This document shows positions 25,241-37,600 of a stretch of DNA of 64,000 nt, one piece after another (the stretch's first letter is position 1; each line of letters opens with the position of its first letter). The DNA is from Octopus sinensis (taxonomy: Eukaryota): positions 6,014,001-6,078,000 of the forward strand of contig NC_043025.1 in NCBI RefSeq assembly GCF_006345805.1. Reading direction: 5' to 3'. A model generated the notes under the pieces. The model made no database searches. It was not told the DNA's origin and worked only from the letters and a program-made list of their open reading frames with translations. Position numbers and translations under genes: made by a program.

Positions 25241-26134
25241 CATTTTTAGGAGTTGGTTATGAATTTACTTATTGAATTTATTTACAGATACTGTTGTACA
25301 TAGGATAAATGTGTTTGAAAGTTGTGGTTTCTTTGGTATGTTTGTTCCCAGACAACACTTATTTTAGTGCTGTTGACACTGCCGGATTGAATGGTACTGC
25401 CCAGGTGTCAAAACCATAATGATATCCATGTGGCAGCTGATGATGGTGGTATGTTGATTGTTGGTATAGCTGTTTTTGTATATGTTGAATAGTATTGTAA
25501 CACATCTTTTGATGCACTCTTTTACTCTTTTACTCTTTTACTTGTTTCAGTCATTTTGACTGCAGCCATGCTGCAACACCGCCTTTAGTCGAGCAAATTG
25601 ACCCCGGGACTTATTCTTTGTAAGCCCAGTACTTATTCTATCGGTCTCTTTTTGCCGAACCGCCAAGTGACGGGGACATAAATACACCAGCATCGGAAAC
25701 TGAAAGAAGCCTGTCGTATATATGTATATATATATATATATGTGTGTGTATGTGTTTGTGTGTCTGTGTTTGTCCCCCTAGCATTGCTTGACAACCGATG
25801 CTGGTGTGTTTATGTCCCCATCACTTAGCGGTTCGGCAAAATGAGACCGATAGAATAAGTACTGGGCTTACAAAGAATAAGTCCCGGGGTCGATTTGCTC
25901 GACTAAAAGGCGGTGCTCCAGCATGGCCACAGTCAAATGACTGAAACAAGTAAAAGAGTAAAAGATAAAAGATAAGGCTTGGTTCAGCCTGGTTCCGGAA
26001 TTGTCCAGATTTCTGCAGTGGTACTCTTAAAATTCAGATTTAAAGAAGAATAGACAAGATATGGATTGCAAAATGTTCGTAGTTCATTCATCCATAAATA
26101 CTGTATGCTTCATTTATGAAAAAAGCAGTTTTAA

Positions 26135-26466
26135 CCCTTTAGTGTTCTGATTATTCTATCAAACATAATGCTAATTGATTCACATTGATTTGATTTAATC
26201 ATGCATTATCCCATATCTTCACGATTTTGATGGTGTAATTACCTAATGTAGAATACCGCTAAGCATTTCGCCCGGCGTGCTAACGGTTCTGCCAGGTCGC
26301 CACTCTTTAATCATGCATTATCTCATATCTTCAAGATCTTCATGGTGTAATTACTTAATGTGGAATAACATTGTAGGGTAGGTGTGAGAGCCTGGATCTG
26401 GTCAGTTTGAACATAAAACAGATTAAATATTTTGGCCGGATATGGCTGGTTTAAATACTTAAAGGG
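26135..26466. mobile_element. piggyBac-like MITE with TTAA TSDs
   Basis: TTAA (26131-34) CCCTTTAGTGTT ... AATACTTAAAGGG TTAA (26467-70). Confidence 0.88.
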
Positions 26467-26631
26467 TTAAAGAAAATTAAATAAAGTATATTACGGAGAT
26501 GTACTCGCATAGCAGGTAATTTGATCTGAGATCATGTGCTGAAATGAAAACAATTGCAGCGTGGAAGGTGTTTATAAGCCATTTAAGAAACACACAAAAG
26601 CCGTTCGATTCACTCCAACATTTAAGTTTAA

Positions 26632-26681
26632 TTTGTCAAAATATTTTCGTCGCTAAAATCCGCGACCTGTTCACTGACAAA
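26632..26681 (-). ncRNA. Minimal type I hammerhead ribozyme fold with G3:C8 core variant
   Basis: Minus strand: UUUGUCA-GUGAACA-G-GUCGC[GGAUUUUA]GCGAC-GAA-AAUAUU-U-UGACAAA. Perfect 7-bp stem I, 5-bp stem II and palindromic stem III AAUAUU. Confidence 0.7.
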
Positions 26682-27437
26682 GTCCGTGCTGCATCAAATA
26701 AAGTATATCTCTAGCAAAAATGTAAGCCAATATTTTTCACTGCAAAAACAAAATGGCGACTAACTGTTGAACTCGTGTTTAAAAAAGGAGATTGTCAGGA
26801 AGAAATTCAACAAATAAAAGAGGAAATTATTTTAAACAAATTAATTATTATTTTTAGTTTATTAAGGAAATGTTTTCAGACATTTTTTATTTGATTTTAT
26901 ACAAATCGAATTAGTTTTAGTTTATTAAAAAAAAGTATGTTCAGGTATTTTTTTCATAAAATGAAAATTGAAAATTATCTTAAAGCAATCAGCATAAAAA
27001 TTTGAAATTTTGAAAAAAATTTTTTTATTTTGTACAAATTGTTTAGCATTTTCAGTTTATTACAGAAATGTTCTCAGGCATTTTGATCACAAAATGAAAA
27101 GTAAAAAAAATTATCGTAAGCAATCAATATAAAAATTCAAAATTTTGGAAAAAAAAACCCAAAAATCTTTTTGTTTTTCAGAATTGTAAATCTCTATTTT
27201 TAAATATGGAATTTGAAAGAAAGGAAAAATTTTGAAAATAAAATTTTCAAAGTAATGTGGAAGAGGGTTCTTTTTTCTTTCTTTTTTTTTATTTATTTAT
27301 TTTAAAAAAATGTTTTTTTTTTTGACAAACTCAAAATCTCTGCTTTTGAAAACAGAAATACAACAGTTGGGTTAAGATACTTGCTCAAGACATCCATCTG
27401 AACATAACTAAATCATGTCAATATTTTCGTTTTTAAA

Positions 27438-28856
27438 GGCAGCCAACTGGCAGAATAATTAGTGCGTCAGAAAATAATTCTTAACAGTAATTTTTCCGGC
27501 TTTTTATATTCTGAGTTCAAATCCTGCCACGGTCGACTTTGTCTTCCATCCTTTCAGGGTCAATAAAATAAGTACCAGTTGAACACTGGGTTTCATGGAA
27601 TTGTTTAGCCCCTTCTCACAAACTTTCAGGCCTTCTGTCTATATGTTCTGAGTTCAAATCCTGCCAGGGTCAACTTTGTCTTCCATCCTTTCAGAGTCAA
27701 TAAAATAAGTACCAGTTGAACACTGGGTTTCATGGAATTGTTTAGCCCCTTCTCACAAACTTTCAGGCCTTCTGTCTATATGTTCTGAGTTCAAATCCTG
27801 CCAGGGTCAACTTTGTCTTCCATCCTTTCAGGGTCAATAAAATAAGTACCAGTTGAACACTGGGTTTCATGGAATTGTTTAGCCCCTTCTCACAAACTTT
27901 CAGGCCTTCTGTCTATATGTTCTGAGTTCAAATCCTGCCAAGGTCAACTTTGTCTTCCATCCTTTCAGGGTCAATAAAATAAGTACCAGTTGAACACTGG
28001 GTTTCATGGAATTGTTTAGCCCCTTCTCACAAAATTTCAGGCCTTCTGTCTATATGTTCTGAGTTCAAATCCTGCCAAGGTCAACTTTGTCTTCCATCCT
28101 TTCAGGGTCAATAAAATAAGTACCAGTTGAACACTGGGTTTCATGGAATTGTTTAGCCCCTTCTCACAAACTTTCAGGCCTTCTGTCTATATGTTCTGAG
28201 TTCAAATCCTGCCAGGGTCAACTTTGTCTTCCATCCTTTCAGGGTCAATAAAATAAGTACCATATAGACAGAAGGCCTGAAAGTTTGTGAGAAGGGGCTA
28301 AACAATTCCATGAAACCCAGTGTTCAACTGGTACTTATTTTATTGACCCTGAAAGGATGGAAGACAAAGTTGACCTTGGCAGGATTTGAACTCAGAACAT
28401 ATAGACAGAAGGCCTGGAAGTTTGTGAGAAGGGGCTAAACAATTCCATGAAACCCAGTGTTCAACTGGTACTTATTTTATTGACCCTGAAAAGATGGGAA
28501 GCAAAGTTGACCTTGGCAGGATTTGAACTCAGAACATATAGACAGAAGGCCTGGAAGTTTGTGAGAAGGGGCTAAACAATTCCATGAAACCCAGTGTTCA
28601 ACTGGTACTTATTTTATTGACCCTGAAAAGATGGGAAGCAAAGTTGACCTTGGCAGGATTTGAACTCAGAACATATAGACAGAAGGCCTGAAAGTTTGTG
28701 AGAAGGGGCTAAACAATTCCACGAAACCCAGTGTTCAACTGGTACTTATTTTATTGACCCTGAAAAGATGGGAAGCAAAGTTGACCTTGGCAGGATTTGA
28801 ACTCAGAACATATAGATAGAAGGCCTGAAATTTTGTGAGAAGGGGCTAAACAATTT
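27438..28856. repeat. SINE-B-derived 137-bp satellite: one head + ~5.5 plus-strand units, then ~4.3 inverted units
   Basis: Unit anchors at 27508, 27645, 27782, 27919, 28056 and 28193; inversion at 28260/28261; reverse units at 28261, 28398, 28535, 28672 and 28809. Confidence 0.95.
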
Positions 28857-30239
28857 TTTACTCTTTCCTAATCTCCCCGATTGGAACCCATTGTGTTCCT
28901 ACATGTGGGGGCACAGTTGAGAAAGGTGCCAACTGCTCCGCCTGCGACACCAAGGCTGAGCTGGTGGCCAAGATAAAAGGTGTTCAAAGATCTCCCCAAG
29001 GACATAGCGAGGAATGCATGTGTGCCACCTTCCAGAGCTGTCACATGAGGTGGAAGTTAAGGGCAGCTGCTTTGAGGAAACAGCTGTTTCGTAGCCATAA
29101 TCCAGTTGATATTTTACTCTTTACTCTTTTACTTGTTTCAGTCATTTGACTGCGGCCATGCTGGAGCACCGCCTTTAGTCGAGCAAATCGACCCCAGGAC
29201 TTATTCTTTGTAAGCCTAGTACTTATTCTATCGGTCTCTTCTTGCTGAACCACTAAGTTACGGGGGACGTAAACACACCAGCATCGGTTGTCAAGCGATG
29301 TTGGGTGGACAAACACAGACACACAAACATATACACACACATACACTGTTTCAGTCATTTGACTGCGGCCATGCTGGAGCACCGCCTTTAGTCGAGCAAC
29401 TCGACCCCAGGACTTATTCTTTGTAAGCCCAGTACTTATTCTATCGGTCTCTTTTGCCGAACCACTAAGTTACGGGGGACGTAAACACACCAGCATCAGT
29501 TGTCAAGTGATGTTGGGTGGACAAACACAGACACACAAACATATACACACACATACACTGTTTCAGTCATTTGACTGCGGCCATGCTGGAGCACCGCCTT
29601 TAGTCGAGCAAATCGACCCCAGGACTTATTCTTTTGTAAGCCCAGTACTTATTCTATCGGTCACTTTTGACGAACCGCTAAGTGACGGGGACGTAAACAC
29701 ACCAGCATCGGTTGTCAAGCAATGTTGGGTGGACAAATACAGACACACAAACATATACACACAAATACACATATGTATACATATATATATAAATATATAT
29801 ACAATCTTCTTTCAGTTTCTGTCTACCAAATCCACTCACAAGGCTTTGGTCGGCCCGAGGCTATAGTAGAAGACACTTGCCCAAGGTGCCACGCAGTGGG
29901 ACTGAACCCAGAACCATGTGGTTGGTAAGCAAGCTACTTACTAATTTTTGAAATTTTTAAAAATACTTTTAATTTTGGATGGAATATTGTGCTTCTCTTT
30001 TATGCAAATTATCGGATTTAGCCCAAACACTCTGTATTTGTTTATCTGGCTCACACATGCATGTATATTAACCATACATAAGGATGTGATTTGAGGAAGA
30101 TTTGGCTGCTATTTCTACCAGGTCTAGCTGCCATGTAGAGGTCACCCTCAATGGCTGAAGCATACATAAGACAGTAAGGTGTGATTTGAGGGAGATTTGG
30201 CTGCTATAATTACCATGTAGAGATCCCCTCATCGGCTCA

Positions 30240-30650
30240 TACACACATACATACATACATACATACACACACATACATAGATACATCCATACATACATAC
30301 ACACATAAATACATACATACATACACACATACATACATACACACATACATACACACATACACACACATACATAGATACATCCATACATACATACACACAT
30401 AAATACATACATACATACACACATACATACATACACACATACATACACACATACATACATACACACACACATACATACATACATACACACATACATAGAT
30501 ACATCCATACATACATACATACACACATACATACAAACATACATATACACACACACACACATACATACACACACACACATACATAAATACATACATACAT
30601 ACATCCATACACACATAAATACATACACACATACATACATACACACCTAC
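30240..30650. repeat. (CATA/CACA)n microsatellite
   Basis: Directly visible. Confidence 0.95.
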
Positions 30651-30989
30651 GCAAAACAGTAAGTCATGATTCCAAAGAGATTTTAGCTGCTCTTTCCAGC
30701 ATGCTTACTCACTCGCCCTCAAGGCCTACCCTTCTGGCTGTTCTTCAAAAATTCCATAACATCCGTGGGTGTTGCAACATTTGCCGTAATTCCAATAAGC
30801 TGCAATTCCTCTCAAGGTTGTTTCTTGCAGCGATTTTCCAAAAACCATCTTTAAGAGATTGTCTTTTTTTTTCTTTTTCACTTGTTTTTGTGTATTTTTT
30901 TCTATTTTTTTTTTAGATTTTATATCCCCCCCCCCATTCAACGAAACTCTTGTAAAACTGCGCCAAGTGCCGTTCTTGTTGTTGCTGCT

Positions 30990-31380
30990 GCTGTCTTCTA
31001 ATTCTTCATCTGCTTCTTCTCCTTCTCCTTCTTCTTCCAATTCTTCTTCTTCTGCTTCGTCTCCTTCTTCCTCTTCTTCTTCTTCTTCTTCCAATTCTTC
31101 TTCTTCTTCTTCCAATTCTTCTTCTTCTTCTTCACTCTCTTCTTCTTCTTCTTCCAATTCTTCTTCTTCTTCTTCACTCTCTTCTTCTTCTTCTTCTTCA
31201 CTCTCTTCTTCTTCCAATTCTTCTTCTTCTCCTTTTTCTTCTTCTTCTTCTTCTTCATCTACTACTACTACTACTACTACTACTACCACTACCACCACCA
31301 CCAATTCAGAAAAAGTACAGGACATGAGTAGTGACAGAAGTGACTCCGTTTCTTCTTCTTCTTCTTCTTCTTCTTCTTCC
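30990..31380. repeat. Interrupted (TCT)n / (ACT)n / (ACC)n trinucleotide tract
   Basis: Directly visible; open in one frame on each strand. Confidence 0.9.
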
Positions 31381-32155
31381 AATCAGGACTCACGCCATTA
31401 GCCACAAAGAACAATCTCTAATTCGAGCCTACTCTAACCTACTAAGAATGAATGCGGCAAATTGAAGATCCACCCACCACACGCGATAGACTGGTGGTTG
31501 CACGGGTGCGAAAGCCATGTTGTTATCCTCATTCCGTAAACGGTGGCTTTTTTAACGGGTGGAGAGCTGAACCATCCTGGGGTACAGAGGATTTGCAATC
31601 TAGACTAGGGTCTGAAAGTTTACCACACCATAGAGGGTTACACCATGGTTCCTCTGCTTTGTGGCAGAAGTAGGAAGAAAGAGTGAGAGAAAGTTGTGGT
31701 GAAAGAGTACAGCGGGTTTCACCACCACCACCACCCACCAGAGCCTCGTGGAGCTTAGGTGTTTTTTGCTCAATAAACACTCACAATGCTCGGTCTGGGA
31801 ATTGAAACTGCGTTCTTACAACCGCGAGTCCGCTGCCCTAACCACTGGGCCATTGCGTTCTGAGTTCAAATTCCGCTGACATCGACTTTGCCTTTCATCC
31901 TTTGGTGGGTTGATGAATTAAGTACCAGTTGCGTACTGGGTCCCTCAATCGATTGGCCCCCTTCCCCCAAAATTTCGGGCCTTGTGCCAAAAGTAGGAAA
32001 ATGTAGCCGTTGCTTTTGCTATTATTGTTAACTGTTGTTGTTGTTGTTGATGATGATGATGATGTTCACACTCCTCACCCCCACTACACACAGACAACAA
32101 TACCACAAAACCGCTTCAGAAAATCCCCTGCAAGTCTCATCCTACACGAAATACT

Positions 32156-32581
32156 GACGATCTTTCGTCTCTAGTAGACCTCTCCGTCGATTTCCGTAAA
32201 AAAAAAATTTTTTGTTTACATATGGGCTTGCGGGAACTTTTGAAGTAATATACATACATATACACATACACCGAGTAAAATATTTCAGTTATCTCTTTCT
32301 TTCACACACTACTCTGTCTCTTCACACACACTAACAGAAGCACTTCACTTACACAACATACTGTCTGTCTCCCACACCCCATCAAACACACACACACACA
32401 CATGTACATCAATGCTTCCCATGCACGGTAACTTCAAAAGAACTTCCCTCGTCATACAATCGCTTTCTCTTAGTCTCTTTCGCTCTCATTACTTCAAAAG
32501 TTCCCGCAAGCCCATATGTAAAAAAAAAACAATTTTTTTACGGAAATCAACGGAAAGGTCTACTAGAGACGAAAGATTGCC
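32156..32581. mobile_element. Second copy of the 8-bp-TSD MITE (TSD GAAATACT)
   Basis: Near-identical to 15620-16040; GAAATACT at 32148-32155 and 32582-32589. Confidence 0.95.
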
Positions 32582-32596
32582 GAAATACTTTCAAAT

Positions 32597-33750
32597 TAGG
32601 CCTCGAAACCGGTTTTATATCATGATCAGTAAAACCGAAACGGATTTGCCAAAACCGATTTTAAGGTTTGCTGTTTTTTTTTTTTTTTTTCGCAAAACAT
32701 TTCTCCATTTTTTTCTTATCAAGAACTATCGTTGAAACTGAACAAACTGAACTGTTGTCGGTCGCCTTTAGTTGAGATTGCTGTCTGTTTCATTGAAACA
32801 TATCGCAACATATCTCACCTTCTTTCCTCTTGAACCTGAGATCAGCACCTTGTCATCTCCTTCGCTAACCCCTGGCTGACTCTTTGAATTTGCAGGTAAC
32901 AGAGTTTATTCATAGCAAGTCAAGGGGATGTTGTTAGTCTTCCGTCGGGGGATCTTTCCCATTGAGCACATGTAATAACCAGTTCCAGATTTTTTGATAA
33001 AAAATGTGAAGAGATCGCCATAACAGACGACAGTGATCGCCATGACAGACGATAGTGATGACGAAGCTGACATAAGCCAACAAGACATACTTTGTCAAAC
33101 AGATTTGGCTCACGAAAATGCTTGTTTTCCCCAGCTAAAACCCGAATTTAACAAAGTTTTAAATAAGGTAAGAAAAATTTCAAAACTTTTCCGTAAATCT
33201 CCTACAAAAAATGAAATTTTGCAAGATTTTGTACGAGCGAACTTTGATAACAGAGAATATAAACTTATACTGGATTGCAGAACTCGGTGGAATGGCACAT
33301 TCCATATGATTGAGAGACTTTTGAAATTGAAAAGCTGCATTCCAAATGCTCTACGAGCAGAACTTTCCACAGATGCCCATCGCTGACGAAGAATGGAAAT
33401 CTCTCCATTTACTATATGAAATTCTGCATCCAGTAGAAATTATTTTGAAGGCTGTTTGCGCTGATGATTCGGGTTTACTGAAAGCAGAATATCCTATAGA
33501 ATCATTATTGAATAAACTTAATATCGTCGGCAACCCTTTGGCTCTGAATCTTCGTGAAAGACTTATGCATAGATATAATAAGAGAAGAAATGTGGAAACC
33601 TTGACTCTCTTGAGGTATTTACATAACCCAAAGAAATTTAAAGGTAAGTCGATTTCTGGACCTTTTCTAATTTTTAACGAAACAGCATTTAAGGAAGTAT
33701 GCTGAACAAACATATAGGAGATTATTTCCTGAACATGATGCTGAGAACAC
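32597..33750 (+). mobile_element. hAT transposon remnant; frameshifted transposase at ~32980-33720
   Basis: LNKVRKISKLFRKSPTKNEILQ..LILDCRTRWNG...EEW..L..LYEIL.PVE..RYLHNP contains the hAT D..TRW signature. The putative left end is TAGGCCTCGAAACCGG with AAACCG subterminal motifs; no right end found. Confidence 0.85.
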
Positions 33751-34577
33751 AACAGAATTATACAAAATAAATAAAATAGGAGGGAACCTAAAAACAAGTG
33801 TTACTGTTGTCCCATCTACTTATGAAGGTAATGGACTCATTCGTGAATACACAAGCGCAAGGAATCGTGACTTGTCGATCCTACAACGACTACCTAGCAA
33901 AGTAAATAAAACACAAAAACACAAAGTAAGGATCGACTAGTCACGACTAGCTTGTGCGAGTGCGCGCACCGGGACCACTGTTCTTAAGTAGTACCCAACC
34001 GGTTCTGAGAATTACTTATACTTAAACTCGATTTTGGGAATTATCGGTTTTCTGCGAGCCCTATTTCAAACCAAAGACACACAACACATATCAGACGCGC
34101 TGACCACTCTGCAAGAAAGCCTTTTCAGTGCCAGAAATAGCAGCCAAATCACCCTCGAATTACACCCTCCTGTCATATATATATATAGGTATATATGTAT
34201 GTATGAGCCAATGAGGGAGACCTCTACATGGCAGCTAAACTTGTTAGAAATACAAGCTAAATCTCCCTTAAATCACACCCTATTGTCTTATGTATGTATA
34301 CCGTATATAATATATATATATATATATGTTGAATTTTCTGCTGCTTTTAAATAAAGTATATATATATATATATACCGTATATAATATATATTTTCTCTTT
34401 TCTCTTTTACTTGTTTCAGTCATTTGACTGCGGCCATGCTGGAGCACCGCCTTTAATCGAGCAACTCGACCCCGGGACTTATTCTTTGTAAGCCCAGTAC
34501 TTATTCTATCGGTCTCTTTACGGGGACATAAACACATCAGCATCAGTTGTCAAGCTAAGCTAGGGGGACAAACACAG

Positions 34578-34614
<37 letters not shown>

Positions 34615-37600
34615 ACGGGCTTCTTTCAGTTTCCGTCTACCAAATCCACTCACAAGGCTTTGGTCGGCCCGAGGCTATAGCAGAAGACACTTGCCCAAGA
34701 TGCCACGCAGTGGGACTGAACCCGGAACCATGTGGTTGGTAAGCAAGCTACTTACCACACAGCCAATATATATTATATATATATATATATGATACACGGT
34801 GTGCCTGTTTTGTAAGTACATTTAATTCAATGTTCTTTTATTCCTTTATTTGTTTCAGTCATTTGACTACGGCCAAGCTGGAGCACTGCCTTTAGTCGAA
34901 CAAATTGCCCCCAAGACTTATTCTTTGTAAGCCCAGTACTTATTCTATGGCGATATAAACACACCAACATCGGTTGTCACGTGATGGTGGGGGGACAAAC
35001 AGACACAAAGACATATACATCATCATCGTCATCGTCGTTTAATGTCCACTTTTCATGGGTTGGATGATTTGAATGGGGACTGGCAAACCAGATGGCTGCA
35101 CCAGGCTCCAATCTGATCTGGCAGAGTTTCTACAGCTGGATGCCCTTCCTAACGCCAACCACTCCGAGAGTGTTGTGGGTGCTTTTACGTGCCAGTCAAG
35201 CGGTACTGGCAACAGCCATGCTCAAGTGGTGTTTTTTATGTACCACCTACACAGGAGCCAGTCCAGCGGCACTGGCAATGACCCTGCTTGAATGTTTTTC
35301 ACGTGCCAGTAAAGGTGATGCTGGTAACGACCACATTTGAATGGTGTTTTTTATGTACCACCGGCACGGAAGCCAGTCAGTTGCTCTGGCAGCAATCACG
35401 CTTGGATGGTGGTCTTAGCGCTCCACTGGCGCGGGTATACATATATCTCTCTTTTACTTGTTTCAGTCATTTGACTGTGGCCATGCTGGAGCACCGCCTT
35501 TAGTTGAGCAAATCAACCCCAGAACTTATTCTTTGTAAGCCCAGTACTTATTCTATTGGTCTCTTTGGCCGAACCGCTAAGTGACGGGGACGTAAACACA
35601 CTAGCATCGGTTGTCAAGCAATGCTAGGGGGACAAACACAGACACACAAACACATACATATATATATAGATATATACGACGGGTTTCTTTCAGTTTCCGT
35701 CTACCAAATCCACTCACAAGGCATTGGTTGGCCCAGGGCTATAGCAGAAGACACTTACCCAAGATGCCATGCAGTGGGGCTGAACCCGGAACCATGTAGT
35801 TGGTTAGCAAGCTACTTACCACACAGCCACTCCTGCGCCTATATATATATATTCCGGGTTTCTTTCAGTTTCCACTTACCAAATCCACTCACAAGGCTTT
35901 GGTCGGTCCGAGGCTATAGTAGAAGACACTTGCCCAAGATGCCACGCAGTGGGACTGAACCCGGAACCATGTAGTTGGTTAGCAAGCTACTTACCACACA
36001 GCCACTCCTGCGCCTATATATATATATTCTGGGTTTCTTTCAGTTTCCGTCTACCAAATCCACTCACAAGGCATTGGTCAGCCCGGGACTATAGCAGAAG
36101 ACACTTGCCCAAGATGCTACGCAGTGGGGCTGAACCCGGAACCATGTAGTTGGTTAGCAAGCTACTTACCACACAGCCACTCCTGTGCCTTTACAATTTT
36201 TTATTTTCTAGGTTATTAATGATAAATATACGATTTTCCTTTTCTTACACCAAAATTATCCACTTGTTACTAATTGATATCTTACTCTTTACTCTCTCTT
36301 TTACTCTTTTACTTGTTTCAGTCATTTTGACTGTGGCCATGCTGGAGCACCGCCTTTAGTCGAGCAACTCGGCCCCGGGACTTATTCTTTTTGTAAGCCC
36401 AGTACTTATTCTATCGGTCTCTTTTTGCCGAACCGCTAAGTGACGGGGACGTAAACACACCAGCATCGGTTGTCAAGCAATGCTAGGGGGACAAACACAA
36501 ACACACAAACATATACACACTAAATTACTAAATTTCTTTACTCTTCTTTAGAAAACTGCCTCAATTTCTGTTAATTTTATTTTTATTGTCTTCCAAATTT
36601 TTAAAGATTTAAAAAAAAAAATCAACTCTTTGAAATGTTATGTTGAGGGTTTATTTTTTTTAACCTGAAGGTGCCACACAATAGGACTGAACCTTGAACC
36701 ATGTGCCTGAAAAGCAAGCTTCTTACCACACAGCCACAGCTAGAAATGATTATCTCCCCTTGATGGTAAATTCACCTTAGGGAAACCATGTTATATCTTT
36801 TCCACTCTTGTAAAGGTACCAGAGAAACCATGTCATCAAAAATGATGCCAACAGTTCTACTGATGACAGAAAATGGCCCAAGAACACAATTGTAAGGAGA
36901 GAGGAACCATTGATATACTCTTTTACTCATTTACTTGTTTCAGTCATTTGACTGCGGCCATGCTGGAGCACCGCCTTTAATCGAGCAACTCGACCCCGGG
37001 ACTTATTCTTTGTAAGCCCAGTACTTATTCTATCGGTCTCTTTTGCCGAACCGCTAAGTGACAGGGGACATAAACACACCAGCATCGGTTGTCAAGCAAT
37101 GCTAGGGGGACAAACACAAACACACATATATATACATATATACGACGGGCTTCTTTCAGTTTCCGTCTACCAAATCCACTCACAAGGCTTTGGTCGGCCC
37201 GAGGCTATAGTAGAAGACACTTGCCCAAGGTGCCACGCAGTGGGACTGAACCTGGAACCATGTGGTTGGGAAGCAAGCTACTTACCATACAGCCACTCCT
37301 ATATATATACATATATATGACGGGCTTCTCTCAGTTTCCGTCTACCAAATCCACTCACAAGGCTTTGGTCGGCCCGAGGCTATAGTAGAAGACACTTGCC
37401 CAAGGTTCCATGCAGTGGGACTGAACCCGGAACCATGTGGTTCGTAAGCAAGCTACTTACCACACAGCCACTCCTGCACCTATCTATATGATGAGCTTCA
37501 CTTAGTTTCTGCTAGCCAAATCCAATCACAAGGCTTCTGTTAGTCTGGGACCATAGTAGAAGACACTTGCCCAAGATGCCATGCAGTGGGACTGAACCCA

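Noticed and set aside
25368-25448. 81-nt plus-strand exon (TTTTAG|...|GTATGT)
   Set aside because: It has stops in all three frames.
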